Shown one piece after another: positions 18,733 to 27,706 of a DNA stretch of 64,000 bases. The notes under the pieces are model-generated. The model was not told where the DNA came from and did no database searches. It saw only the letters and a program-made list of their open reading frames with translations. The DNA is from a virus, in the IMG/VR virus record IMGVR_UViG_3300042691_027063, positions 31,648 through 95,647 of that record. One strand, written 5' to 3'. The position numbers were made by a program, and so were the translations under genes. The stretch's first letter is position 1. Every line of letters starts with the position of its first letter.

Positions 18733-18924
18733 TTAGTTCTCCTCTATATTTGATTCACATTGAAATTGAACAGAATCCATTTGGTAATCCTCGAACAAAT
18801 GTGGTCCCATAACTACACTTTCTTTTTGTCTTGAAATAGACCAGTCTTTATGAATATTTGTTAAAGAGTTATAGGAAATAAAACAATAATCATATTTAGA
18901 TGTTAGCTGTTGAAATTTAATCAT
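18733..18924 (-). CDS. Q-motif microprotein family member
   Basis: MIKFQQL...YCFISY. Confidence 0.6.
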   Translation of the reverse strand: MIKFQQLTSKYDYCFISYNSLTNIHKDWSISRQKESVVMGPHLFEDYQMDSVQFQCESNIEEN

Positions 18925-19103
18925 TTTGTAACCGCCCTGAAATTAACAAACTCAGAACCTGAATCTGTTTTTTCAATTATATGTCTACCTTCCCAGGAGT
19001 ATCCCTTTTCTGATGTTTTATTTTCCTCTGAAATGTAAATAGCAAAGTTGTAGTGATATTCCGATTTATCGAGTGGCAACATATATTGTGTAATTTCAAT
19101 CAT
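18921..19103 (-). CDS. Q-motif microprotein family member
   Basis: MIEITQY...YNFAIY. Confidence 0.6.
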   Translation of the reverse strand: MIEITQYMLPLDKSEYHYNFAIYISEENKTSEKGYSWEGRHIIEKTDSGSEFVNFRAVTK

Positions 19104-19384
19104 ACTGGATGTCCCATAATATCATCTTCCTCTGTTTCATTATACTCATCTCGATTGACGTTGTAAAGTAAATTCTCATACATCTTATGAATTACTTTAT
19201 TACCATCAATATTCAATACTCTAGAGTTATTTGAATGTGGTTCTAGAATTTCTAAAGGTCTTAAATCATTGAAGTCTTTTACCTTACACTCAGGAAATAG
19301 TTCATTGAATGTTCCAACTGTCTGGACTTCTAAGTTGTCGAACTTATTAATTCTTTCACCAATTGTATAAAATTTAGATTTCAT
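19100..19384 (-). CDS. hypothetical protein
   Basis: 94 aa, AAGGAG SD. Confidence 0.65.
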   Translation of the reverse strand: MKSKFYTIGERINKFDNLEVQTVGTFNELFPECKVKDFNDLRPLEILEPHSNNSRVLNIDGNKVIHKMYENLLYNVNRDEYNETEEDDIMGHPV

Positions 19385-19517
19385 ATTTAAATGCTCCTTT
19401 GTCTAAAAGCCACTCTTGATTTTCAAACTTTTCTTTTTCTATTACTGAAAATTTAAGGTCTATACCTTGCTTTAATAAATTACTTAACCAACTATATCGA
19501 TTTTGAAATAAGATCAT
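19374..19517 (-). CDS. Q-motif microprotein family member (not in ORF track)
   Basis: MILFQNRY...LKFSVI, 47 aa, ATGA overlap. Confidence 0.5.
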   Translation of the reverse strand: MILFQNRYSWLSNLLKQGIDLKFSVIEKEKFENQEWLLDKGAFKYEI

Positions 19518-19744
19518 TTATCAACCTCTTCCTTTTTAGCCTGACATTTGCGACAGGTTATATATTTATTATTACTGAAATAAGAATCTTCGTACCATTC
19601 GTGCTTACATTTAGGAGTTTCTTCTAGTTCAAAATATCCCCAATCATCTGGGTTGATATAGTAAGGATCGTATTCTCTGTCCCACTTAGTACCAGAAAAA
19701 AGCTTTTCAATTTCTTCATCTGTTAGCGTAATTGGTTTATGCAT
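19514..19744 (-). CDS. hypothetical protein with CxH...CxxC zinc motif
   Basis: CKHEW...CRKC. Confidence 0.6.
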   Translation of the reverse strand: MHKPITLTDEEIEKLFSGTKWDREYDPYYINPDDWGYFELEETPKCKHEWYEDSYFSNNKYITCRKCQAKKEEVDK

Positions 19745-19747
19745 ATA

Positions 19748-20311
19748 CTACCTCAATTCATATACATATCGTAATTTTCTTTCTTGTTTTAAAACAGATG
19801 CTTCGCCTTTTTTAATTGCATCTTGAATTCTCTTAGCGTCTTTAGAGTACTCACCATCTTTCTTTTGATATAGCTGTCTAATATGGTAGTATCTATCTCC
19901 CCACTTTACAACCCTAGCATTATTCTTTTCTAAGCCATCGAACTTGAAGTTAGTTGCTTTATATATTGTTCCTTGGTGACCTTTATTTGGATCAGCAAAT
20001 GTTATAACTCTAGTATATCTCTTTTTCTTTAAGTGTCTAAGAGTAGCACCTAGAAAGAAACTCTCTGTGTTCTTCGGGGTATCGTCAATTAAACAGAATC
20101 TACGAAGCTCTAAATCGTTCATGTCACAGTTTGCCCCACAAGGCTGACCATAGATAGCTACCCCACAAAGTTCTCCAAATTCGCTCAACAAAAGAAAAAC
20201 TTCCTTTTGTTTCATTGATCTACAACTCTTAGAGTAATGCCACTTTTCTACAAAGTCAATAGTATTCTTTGAAAGGATCGATCCTACTGGCACGATTTTA
20301 TATCTCATCAA
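19748..20311 (-). CDS. Mom-like DNA adenine modification enzyme (GNAT fold)
   Basis: KWHYS, ELRRFCL, NTESFFL, FADPNKGHQGTIYKATNF. Confidence 0.75.
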   Translation of the reverse strand: MMRYKIVPVGSILSKNTIDFVEKWHYSKSCRSMKQKEVFLLLSEFGELCGVAIYGQPCGANCDMNDLELRRFCLIDDTPKNTESFFLGATLRHLKKKRYTRVITFADPNKGHQGTIYKATNFKFDGLEKNNARVVKWGDRYYHIRQLYQKKDGEYSKDAKRIQDAIKKGEASVLKQERKLRYVYELR

Positions 20312-20484
20312 TCTCCCCAGATTTTTGTATAGCTATCTTTAAATTGATTACTAAAATCTATTGATGCATATCCAGTTGTTCCATTATATCTAGGAAATGA
20401 TGTTATTTCTCCATTCCATGTAATAAAGAAAAGGTCTTGACCACACATATCATTAGTGTTTTTATATTGAGAAATTCTAAGCAT
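20308..20484 (-). CDS. Q-motif microprotein family member
   Basis: MLRISQY...LFFITW; GGAG SD before ATG 20484. Confidence 0.6.
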   Translation of the reverse strand: MLRISQYKNTNDMCGQDLFFITWNGEITSFPRYNGTTGYASIDFSNQFKDSYTKIWGD

Positions 20485-20647
20485 TGAAGTCTCCAATTTC
20501 AACATGATCTAAAAACTTCGAAGACACTGTACTGTGACTTCTAGGAACTCCGTTTTGTAAGTAGTGGAGGATTCCATCTTTTACAAAGTCAAAACAAAGC
20601 TGATCTCTTTGGTTAGGCGTTTTAATATATTGAAGTATTTTAATCAT
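20477..20647 (-). CDS. Q-motif microprotein family member (not in ORF track)
   Basis: MIKILQY...LCFDFV, 56 aa, AGGAG SD. Confidence 0.6.
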   Translation of the reverse strand: MIKILQYIKTPNQRDQLCFDFVKDGILHYLQNGVPRSHSTVSSKFLDHVEIGDFNA

Positions 20648-20798
20648 TGAAGACTCCTATTAGATTATATCCAATTAGCTCATCATATTTATAGTGCATC
20701 GAATAGATAATACCTCTATTTTGATAATAAAGAGTATCACCTATAAGCTTATCAAGCATAAGCTCAAACTGTCCAAAATTGACTTGGATGATCTTCAT
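20640..20798 (-). CDS. Q-motif microprotein family member (not in ORF track)
   Basis: MKIIQVNFGQFELMLDK, 52 aa, AGGA SD. Confidence 0.55.
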   Translation of the reverse strand: MKIIQVNFGQFELMLDKLIGDTLYYQNRGIIYSMHYKYDELIGYNLIGVFND

Positions 20799-20924
20799 TG
20801 TAAGTTCCTGTAATTAATATGATTTTAAATTTTTATTGAAGCGATGTTCATTTTTTACTTGACAGCATTTTCTTGACGTGATATATAACAACTATGCACA
20901 GTATATAATTGAAAGATGGTTGAT

Positions 20925-21119
20925 TTAAGGACAGGTATATTCAAATTTTACTCTTGACTTTGTGAAATATTCTTTATAGTCTGGTCTAGTTATATTTCCT
21001 TCCTCAAAACCATGTATAGTATTTCTACTATACTTAAACCAAATATCCTTTCTCCTTACTATAGTAAAGGAAAGTGAGTTATATCCTACATCGCTACCAT
21101 ACTGAAAAATGTATATCAT
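20925..21119 (-). CDS. Q-motif microprotein family member
   Basis: MIYIFQY...LSFTIV. Confidence 0.6.
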   Translation of the reverse strand: MIYIFQYGSDVGYNSLSFTIVRRKDIWFKYSRNTIHGFEEGNITRPDYKEYFTKSRVKFEYTCP

Positions 21120-21307
21120 TATTTACTCCATATTAAATTATAGAATTTACTTTCTACTATAAAACCAATGGATACATAACATCCGCCTAAGTCCTCTGTT
21201 TTTTTATTAGGATATTTATAAAAACTTCTATCTAATTCCTTATTGTATGAAATAAAACAGAGGTGAAACTCCGAACTTTTACGAACGCACTGATCGAATC
21301 TCATCAT
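21119..21307 (-). CDS. Q-motif microprotein family member
   Basis: MMRFDQC...LCFISY. Confidence 0.6.
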   Translation of the reverse strand: MMRFDQCVRKSSEFHLCFISYNKELDRSFYKYPNKKTEDLGGCYVSIGFIVESKFYNLIWSK

Positions 21308-21536
21308 AAACTTTAACTCCTAATTCCTTGAGTCTAGCTCTACAATTAATCTTAGCTTGCTTTATACTGGAAGCTTGACCTATAATAATTACTGACAAAT
21401 TGTGATCTATAATTCTGTAAGTGAAATCGTTTTGATTTATTAGAGCTTGTAGGATTGTATTTTTAGAGACAATGAATTGCTGAGATGCAAGTATGTTTGG
21501 GGCTTTATCTAAGGGCTTATATTGAATCCTCGTCAT
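21279..21536 (-). CDS. hypothetical protein
   Basis: GGAGG SD before MTRIQY. Confidence 0.6.
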   Translation of the reverse strand: MTRIQYKPLDKAPNILASQQFIVSKNTILQALINQNDFTYRIIDHNLSVIIIGQASSIKQAKINCRARLKELGVKVYDEIRSVRS

Positions 21537-21780
21537 TGTCAAAACCTCCTTCATAGAGTTCAACAAATCTATCTTCACCAACACAGAACAAAACCTTATC
21601 TCTGTTAACAGTTGCGAGATATGCTTGACTTTGTTTTTCAGGTGAATTAACTAGAACTTGCTCAAAAGCAAAGGCTAAACATTCTTCAGCAGATAAAGAT
21701 TTATAAGAGCTATTTAGCTGAATTTCCTCAACTTGATCCTCAATCGCTCTTAATAGTTCCTTTACTTTTTTATTTCTCAT
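21517..21780 (-). CDS. hypothetical protein
   Basis: 87 aa ORF. Confidence 0.6.
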   Translation of the reverse strand: MRNKKVKELLRAIEDQVEEIQLNSSYKSLSAEECLAFAFEQVLVNSPEKQSQAYLATVNRDKVLFCVGEDRFVELYEGGFDNDEDSI

Positions 21781-21836
21781 TTTACCTTGTGGTCATAAAT
21801 AACCAAATCCAGAATATTGGAAATGAAAGATAAAAA

Positions 21837-21865
21837 ATAATACCATAGAAAGCCAAACTTGTCAA
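21837..21865 (-). promoter_or_regulatory. sigma70-type promoter
   Basis: TTGACA-17-TATTAT with extended TG. Confidence 0.6.
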
Positions 21866-21936
21866 GGCATTAGCTACTCTAAATCCAATAATCTTACAAA
21901 AGAAGAGCAAGATAATTGCTCCAGCAATAACGTATC

Positions 21937-22101
21937 TCATTTGATCCTTGTATAAAATATATTATATTCTTTATCATAGCTATAGGAAGCTAGTATTTGT
22001 CCTGTTTTTAATGTACTAACTTTTTCTTGTAAACAAGCAAACTGCAAGCACCATACTGTCTTCTCTTTAGCCATAGCTTTATATTGTTTTATAATAAACA
22101 T
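21937..22101 (-). CDS. Q-motif microprotein family member (not in ORF track)
   Basis: MFIIKQY...LQFACL, 54 aa, TAATG and ATGA coupling. Confidence 0.6.
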   Translation of the reverse strand: MFIIKQYKAMAKEKTVWCLQFACLQEKVSTLKTGQILASYSYDKEYNIFYTRIK

Positions 22102-22421
22102 TAATGCAATCCTTCTTTCTTAGCTGGTTTACTTGGCATATCCAACTCAATTCCAAGTTCACTAGAAAGCTCGTCAAATATATCTTCCGTAAGTTCGATA
22201 AGCTTAATAGGTTCATTCTGCTCACTAATTATATTAGCAAACTCACTTTCAAAAACAGAAAAAGCTTTCTTCATCAAGTCCATAGTTTTATTGTATGGGT
22301 CTTTTTCAAATTCAAGCTCGTCCTCTTTTTCCATAAGCTCGGCGGCTGCATCTGAAAATAATCCAAATGCTTGAGTCATCATTGTGAGAAGAAGTAACTG
22401 TGCTTTTTCTTTATCATTCAT
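22101..22421 (-). CDS. hypothetical acidic protein
   Basis: 106 aa, AGGA SD. Confidence 0.65.
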   Translation of the reverse strand: MNDKEKAQLLLLTMMTQAFGLFSDAAAELMEKEDELEFEKDPYNKTMDLMKKAFSVFESEFANIISEQNEPIKLIELTEDIFDELSSELGIELDMPSKPAKKEGLH

Positions 22422-22586
22422 TGTTTAATCCTAGTGAAGAAGTATGTTTCTTTTTTTCTAAGTCTGCGATGACTTGACCGACCGCTAGTACTCCAGCTAT
22501 AAAGATATTCGTTAAAGTTTTTTCCTTTGTAAAATGTTAAATCTCTGAAATTAAAATCGAAGCTTTTTCTTTGTGCAATTAACATA

Positions 22587-22775
22587 TCAATCCTTTATGT
22601 ATTTAAATTCTCTACAAACTGGTGGTTTCATTATCCAACTATTAATATACCACCAGTTATAAATACTTCTATCATTTTCTACCGATGTTCCGCAATTCCC
22701 AATTAGTAATAAAAACTTAAATCTAATTCTTTCATTTACTCCAATTTCTTTATGGTCGAACTGGTAAATTCTCAT
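22587..22775 (-). CDS. Q-motif microprotein family member
   Basis: MRIYQF...FKFLLL. Confidence 0.6.
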   Translation of the reverse strand: MRIYQFDHKEIGVNERIRFKFLLLIGNCGTSVENDRSIYNWWYINSWIMKPPVCREFKYIKD

Positions 22776-23505
22776 TGATGTACTCCTTCATTGCAACTAC
22801 CCAACGCTGGGCATTATTAGAGTTCAATCCTGGTGCTGAGTTTACTTCACAAACAAAGAAGTTACCATCCTTATCTCGAATCAAATCTACTCCACCAAAT
22901 AATAAACCAAGAGCATTTACTGCATCAATTGCAATTTTTTGACCGACTTCATTACATCGACTTCTTGTAGGATTGACGAGACTAAAGTGGCAGTTATGTG
23001 ACTTGAATAAAGCGGGTCGTTCGTAGTTTTCTTCATTGATATTATTAGGAATCTTTTCGTAAATGGCTACGATCTTGGAATTGAAGACATGAACTCGATA
23101 CTCTCTCCTCTTATTTGGAATTGGCTTAGAGGCATACTGATCTGTTACTGGATTGAAGTCATTACCATAACGAACTTCACCTTGTCTCGATCTGATATAG
23201 TAGTTATTAGTTGTATCTTTTACTGAATCAATGCTAGTTAATTCTGTAGTAAATACAGGCATTGGAATATTTGCAGCAGAAAGTAATTGCATCATTCTTA
23301 GTTTATTGCTAGCGTTTAATACCGCCTCTGCTGTATTAAGTTCTAGTCTAGCTGTAGTCCTATTGAATACCTCAGAGCTACCCCAACGAATAAGAACATC
23401 TAATTTAGCACGACGCTGTGTTTTCTTTCTAGGACAGGAAAGAATCTGACGAAGAAGCTTTCCAGTGTTGGATGATTTAGAATGGTAGGCAATCATTGTT
23501 TTCAT
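22750..23505 (-). CDS. ATP-grasp ligase (RimK-like, phiEco32-type)
   Basis: LIRWG, NASNKL, REYRVHVF, ALGLLFGGVD, EVNSAPGL. Confidence 0.85.
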   Translation of the reverse strand: MKTMIAYHSKSSNTGKLLRQILSCPRKKTQRRAKLDVLIRWGSSEVFNRTTARLELNTAEAVLNASNKLRMMQLLSAANIPMPVFTTELTSIDSVKDTTNNYYIRSRQGEVRYGNDFNPVTDQYASKPIPNKRREYRVHVFNSKIVAIYEKIPNNINEENYERPALFKSHNCHFSLVNPTRSRCNEVGQKIAIDAVNALGLLFGGVDLIRDKDGNFFVCEVNSAPGLNSNNAQRWVVAMKEYINENLPVRP

Positions 23506-23686
23506 TTTTAACCTTCGCTTCTAACTTAGCTGTGAAACTATATCGATGTTTCTCTATCGATTCATTATAGAAATCTTTTTTATTAATCTGTTTGATTAAA
23601 CAAATATGATTAAGAATTCTACCAAAAGACAATTCGTACACAATGAGACGAGAATGGTCTCTCATTTTATACTGAACGATTTCCAT
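23477..23686 (-). CDS. Q-motif microprotein family member
   Basis: MEIVQY...LSFGRI. Confidence 0.6.
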   Translation of the reverse strand: MEIVQYKMRDHSRLIVYELSFGRILNHICLIKQINKKDFYNESIEKHRYSFTAKLEAKVKNENNDCLPF

Positions 23687-23687
23687 A

Positions 23688-23852
23688 TTAGTTCACCTTA
23701 TAAAGTTCAATAAGTTGATCGTCAAAAACCCAACCACTAATACTGTCACATCCAAGACTCCCCCACCTATCATCGTATTTATTTTTAATCCAAAATAATA
23801 ATTGTCTTGGTCTACTATAGAAAGAGTTATTTTTTAATTGACATATCTTCAT
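23688..23852 (-). CDS. Q-motif microprotein family member (not in ORF track)
   Basis: MKICQL...LLFWIK, 54 aa, AAGGA SD. Confidence 0.6.
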   Translation of the reverse strand: MKICQLKNNSFYSRPRQLLFWIKNKYDDRWGSLGCDSISGWVFDDQLIELYKVN

Positions 23853-23854
23853 AT

Positions 23855-25063
23855 TTATCCTTTAGCTTCTCCATAAGCAGAATTAAATACAAATTCAATC
23901 TCATCTACAACATCTTGGAAATCATCGAACTGCCAAGTATCTTGACGAAGATGAGTTGGAAGACATTCATACATATAAGAAAAATTACATCCGAACTCAG
24001 CGTCATACTCATATAGTCGATCGATCAATGGTTCGTCAACGTCATAAAGGAAATCGAAAAGATCGGCGATGTTATAGAACTGTTCTCTTTCTGAGACCTG
24101 CGATAATACCTGAGTCTCTTCTCTCTCTGATTCTTTCTTCGAGGGTTTTGAAGGATTCATTGGTAGAAGGTAAGCTTGACTTTTTTTTTCTGGCTGACTT
24201 GCTTTTCCAGACATACGCTCCCAATCGAATCCGCCGTAGTAATTGCCTCGGCTATTGAGAACCGAATCATTTAGCTGCGTTTGAGAAATAAGCTGACCAG
24301 TTACAGCATTGAATCGGAATAACTTATTTTCTTTAATCATTGATGGTTTTGTAAATTCAAGTCCGAGCTTTGTTGCTGTTGATGTGATGATGTCGGTAGT
24401 CGTTGCCATTACTATTCCGAATCCTTCGATTTGTGAATAATATAACCCCGCATCATTACGAATAACGTCAAGAATGCGAGTGCCGTCAGAGTCCCGAGTA
24501 AGAATACCAAACGCCCAATAACCAGAAAGAGTGTTAAGCCAAGCTTGCGCATTGGAAATATCCTTACCTACGTTATGATTGATATATGATTGCAACGCTG
24601 CCTCTGAATCGCAAGTAGAAATTTTATTAAGTCCAAGTGTAAAAGAGTTACTGATAACTCCGTTATGTACTAGAGAATGATCTGCGTCAACGAATGGGTG
24701 TGTATTGGCGAACTCTTTTCCACAGGTAGCATAACGTGTGTGCATTGTTACTGTCGTAACATTTTCAAATGTCGGAACATCTACACCAAACAAAGAATAG
24801 TTTTGATCGATGTTAGTATATTTAGACAAATGCTTTTTATATGCAAGAAGTTCTTTAGCAATCTTCTCATCTCTAATTGCGTCTCGATCAAAGAACAAAT
24901 CGTTATCATGCCATCGCTCAGTAAAGAAGTTACCATCATTCTTTACTGCACTATAACCAATTCCCATGTTGTTACCAACAGACATTGGAACCTTAGCTTC
25001 TAGCATAAATTTTTCAGTTAGCGATGGATTCTTAAGACCTGTCATAAGTAATAATCGACACAT
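23855..25063 (-). CDS. class II (Ntn) glutamine amidotransferase
   Basis: N-terminal MCR, HTRYAT, NTHPF, HNGVI, CDSE. Confidence 0.85.
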   Translation of the reverse strand: MCRLLLMTGLKNPSLTEKFMLEAKVPMSVGNNMGIGYSAVKNDGNFFTERWHDNDLFFDRDAIRDEKIAKELLAYKKHLSKYTNIDQNYSLFGVDVPTFENVTTVTMHTRYATCGKEFANTHPFVDADHSLVHNGVISNSFTLGLNKISTCDSEAALQSYINHNVGKDISNAQAWLNTLSGYWAFGILTRDSDGTRILDVIRNDAGLYYSQIEGFGIVMATTTDIITSTATKLGLEFTKPSMIKENKLFRFNAVTGQLISQTQLNDSVLNSRGNYYGGFDWERMSGKASQPEKKSQAYLLPMNPSKPSKKESEREETQVLSQVSEREQFYNIADLFDFLYDVDEPLIDRLYEYDAEFGCNFSYMYECLPTHLRQDTWQFDDFQDVVDEIEFVFNSAYGEAKG

Positions 25064-25254
25064 CAATAATTTCCTTTGTTTAATTTGATAATAGATATAA
25101 TTCCATTTCTTAGAGTTATCTTTTGTTTTAAACCATTTGGTTGAAGCATATCATAATCTTTTGATATGACCATACCATTTAAGTATAAAGTAGAAGATGT
25201 AATTTCACTACAAGCGTCAGAATATAGCGGGTCTGGTAGACTGAGAGTCAATAG

Positions 25255-25291
25255 CAGAGTGTTCTGGAATATCTCTACTCCAGAACCTCTG
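25255..25291 (-). other. long hairpin with GAGA tetraloop
   Basis: CAGAG-GTTCTGGAGTA-GAGA-TATTCCAGAAC-A-CTCTG just downstream of the amidoligase stop. Confidence 0.55.
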
Positions 25292-25309
25292 TAATAAAAG
25301 AACTTGATT

Positions 25310-26716
25310 TTAGGCTGCTTCGAACTCTTCGTTGCCGTTCTCATCGATTCGAGATGAAACGTAGTCCATAGCAACTTTAGGGATAGATGGAGCCACCGAA
25401 GAAAGTTCCGTAATTGTCTCCATTTTCTTTGTAATAAGTTGAGCATTGTTCACTACTCCGATAAGAAACTTACACCAGTTAATAATCTGAACACAGTTTA
25501 CTGTACCCTCGTGAACTCGAATCTCAAGAGTTTGGAACTTCTTAAATGCGTGAGTGTTAATAACGCTATATCTTTCAGAATCGTTACGCTCCTGTGTTAC
25601 TTTGAAAGAAGAGTTTTTATTTGGTTTACAGTATGTATTTAGCTGTCTATACTCAGGTTGAGCTTTACGCATTAGACTCATTGTGTTAAACAATGCAGCG
25701 TATGAAGTCTCTGCGTTTCGAGTTCTGTGATCGAGATGAACGTGCAATCCACAAGATCGGTTTACAAGTGCATTGATTTCCTTGTCCCGTAGAACTTTTT
25801 GGATTCGCATTAGGACATTTTCTAGCTCATCTTCCGAGACTAAAACTCGAATTTCGCAAGAGAAATAATTCGGTGCATCTACATTGATCGAACCATCATC
25901 TGTAACATTGACATACTTATGAAGGCGAGCTTCGATGAATTTCTTCTTAAGCTTGTCACGACCACCCTTAACGATACACTCAATCTCGATACCAACATAT
26001 TTTTTATTTGGATCGGAAGGAACTTTGTTTTGCTCAATAAAAGTAACAAGTCCTTGCTCAAAGATTTTACCATAAACATTGGATTCAACATTGATGCCAC
26101 CCAACTTACGAACCTTAACACCTTGAACTTCTTTGACTGTCTCTTTTAGAACATTAGCTCTACGCTGTTCTGTGATAAGAGAGGCAAGGTGCATCTCTAA
26201 CTCTTCTTTTTTGTCAGCTAGAGAAGTCTCAACTTCTACAACTCGCTTGAGCTTATCAACATAAAACTTTGTAGTTGCTGGATTTAGAGCAGATGAGATG
26301 GCGAGTTCAATTTTCTCAATCTCAGCAGCGTTCGCCTTCATTGTCCGACCATTTGGCTTATACTTTAGAGCCAAACGCTCACGCTTTTGACGAAGAAGTG
26401 AAAGCTCTGTTTGCAATTGACTCACATCAATCTTATCTTCAATCTTTCGATAAGCAATGGTTCGTTTACATACAGCAGGTTGACAATCTGCAACTCTGAG
26501 AATTGGATTTCCTTGAACCTCTGGAACATTGAGAACTTCTACCTCAATGATTTCACCATGATAGCTATGCTTATCAGTTCTAAGAACTTTGAAAAGCCAA
26601 TCACGCATAATACCAACATAACCTAGCTGACCGAAATGACCATCTAGTTTGAAATTTTCAGCGAACATAGATGGATTAAGACGGATAACAGAACCAACTT
26701 TAATTTGATTTGACAT
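25310..26716 (-). CDS. putative COOH-NH2 amidoligase (phiEco32-like) with N-terminal coiled coil
   Basis: GIEIE, DDGS, EIR, SCGLHVHLD, RYSVIN, TLEIRVHEGT. Confidence 0.85.
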   Translation of the reverse strand: MSNQIKVGSVIRLNPSMFAENFKLDGHFGQLGYVGIMRDWLFKVLRTDKHSYHGEIIEVEVLNVPEVQGNPILRVADCQPAVCKRTIAYRKIEDKIDVSQLQTELSLLRQKRERLALKYKPNGRTMKANAAEIEKIELAISSALNPATTKFYVDKLKRVVEVETSLADKKEELEMHLASLITEQRRANVLKETVKEVQGVKVRKLGGINVESNVYGKIFEQGLVTFIEQNKVPSDPNKKYVGIEIECIVKGGRDKLKKKFIEARLHKYVNVTDDGSINVDAPNYFSCEIRVLVSEDELENVLMRIQKVLRDKEINALVNRSCGLHVHLDHRTRNAETSYAALFNTMSLMRKAQPEYRQLNTYCKPNKNSSFKVTQERNDSERYSVINTHAFKKFQTLEIRVHEGTVNCVQIINWCKFLIGVVNNAQLITKKMETITELSSVAPSIPKVAMDYVSSRIDENGNEEFEAA

Positions 26717-26792
26717 AGACAATACCTCCGAGTTATGTCAATTATTATTTACATTTTCATTGGAGTCAATACCCCAAATTTTACCTTCATGT

Positions 26793-27206
26793 TCAAGTAC
26801 GTTTTGCTCGAACCATTCTTTTAGTTCTTGCTCTGATTTTCTTTCGAGTTCGAGTTGAAGAAATAGATTTAATTTCCATACCTTTTTTGACTGGAACACT
26901 TTTGATTCTTCCATTTTTCCTCATCTCTACTGGGATTGTTATTTGATTAATAAATTCAATACAATTGGTCGGTATGCTATGAATAGCATTTATGTTATAT
27001 TTATTTGAGAAAAAAGAAGGAGTCAATCTACCTAGAGTCATAATCTCAATAGGAATATCTTCACCTTCCTCGTCATCCCAAATTTCATCTGTATAAGTAT
27101 CGTTTCTTTTAATATAAAACTCAAGTTCTTTATTAGGAGAAACTCCACCATATAACTCATCACAAGTAGACTCATCAAGTATCTGAGCTAGAGTTATTTT
27201 TTCCAT
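26793..27206 (-). CDS. hypothetical protein (N-terminus resembles the Q-motif family)
   Basis: ITLAQ...LEFYI; basic C-terminus. Confidence 0.6.
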   Translation of the reverse strand: MEKITLAQILDESTCDELYGGVSPNKELEFYIKRNDTYTDEIWDDEEGEDIPIEIMTLGRLTPSFFSNKYNINAIHSIPTNCIEFINQITIPVEMRKNGRIKSVPVKKGMEIKSISSTRTRKKIRARTKRMVRAKRT

Positions 27207-27396
27207 TTAAATCTCCAGTATAAAAAGTGAATCTATTTGGCTCATCTTCTGTTGCATTTTTTAGTTTACGTTCTTGTTTAATTGGTGTTTTTCTTCCTTC
27301 ATCTTTCCAAGTATAATAGTCACTTAGTACACATCTAAATTTAAGATGTGCTCCTTTTACCCAACTTTTATCATCCTTGTATTGAGCTATCTTCAT
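27175..27396 (-). CDS. Q-motif microprotein family member
   Basis: MKIAQY...LKFRCV. Confidence 0.6.
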   Translation of the reverse strand: MKIAQYKDDKSWVKGAHLKFRCVLSDYYTWKDEGRKTPIKQERKLKNATEDEPNRFTFYTGDLNGKNNSSSDT

Positions 27397-27598
27397 TTTT
27401 TAACCCTTTAAGATTATACCTAAAGTCAGATTTTTCCGTATAAATGTACATACCAGACGAGACTAACATCGTCTTTTTGCTTTCACAATTATACCAAGTT
27501 CCTTTTTTGTGATCTTTATTTATAACAATCACATTAAATCCTAAATGCGATTGCCAAATATATTTTCCGTCGATCGGAGTTTGATCGAAGTAAATCAT
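27371..27598 (-). CDS. Q-motif microprotein family member
   Basis: MIYFDQT...LGFNVI; AGGAGG SD. Confidence 0.65.
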   Translation of the reverse strand: MIYFDQTPIDGKYIWQSHLGFNVIVINKDHKKGTWYNCESKKTMLVSSGMYIYTEKSDFRYNLKGLKNEDSSIQG

Positions 27599-27611
27599 AA
27601 TCCTCCTAAAT

Positions 27612-27695
27612 AGTGACGAGCCGTCACCTCACAACTACTTTCCTGTCATCCAACAACAGAGGTCAGTAACCTTACGAGTTAGGTATGTGACACCT
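27612..27695 (-). ncRNA. repeated structured RNA motif, copy 2 with 45-nt insert
   Basis: AGGTGTCACATACC-[45 nt]-AGTTGTGAGGTG plus hairpin GTGAC/GTCAC. Confidence 0.5.
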
Positions 27696-27706
27696 AGCAT
27701 TTTATA

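Noticed and set aside
25063-25446. 127-aa ORF
   Set aside because: Overlaps the amidoligase and crosses a strong RNA hairpin; at most a short 3' portion is coding
27637-27681. Third active hammerhead
   Set aside because: Core is CUGACCU rather than CUGANGA and the NUH/stem I register does not fit; kept only as hammerhead-like
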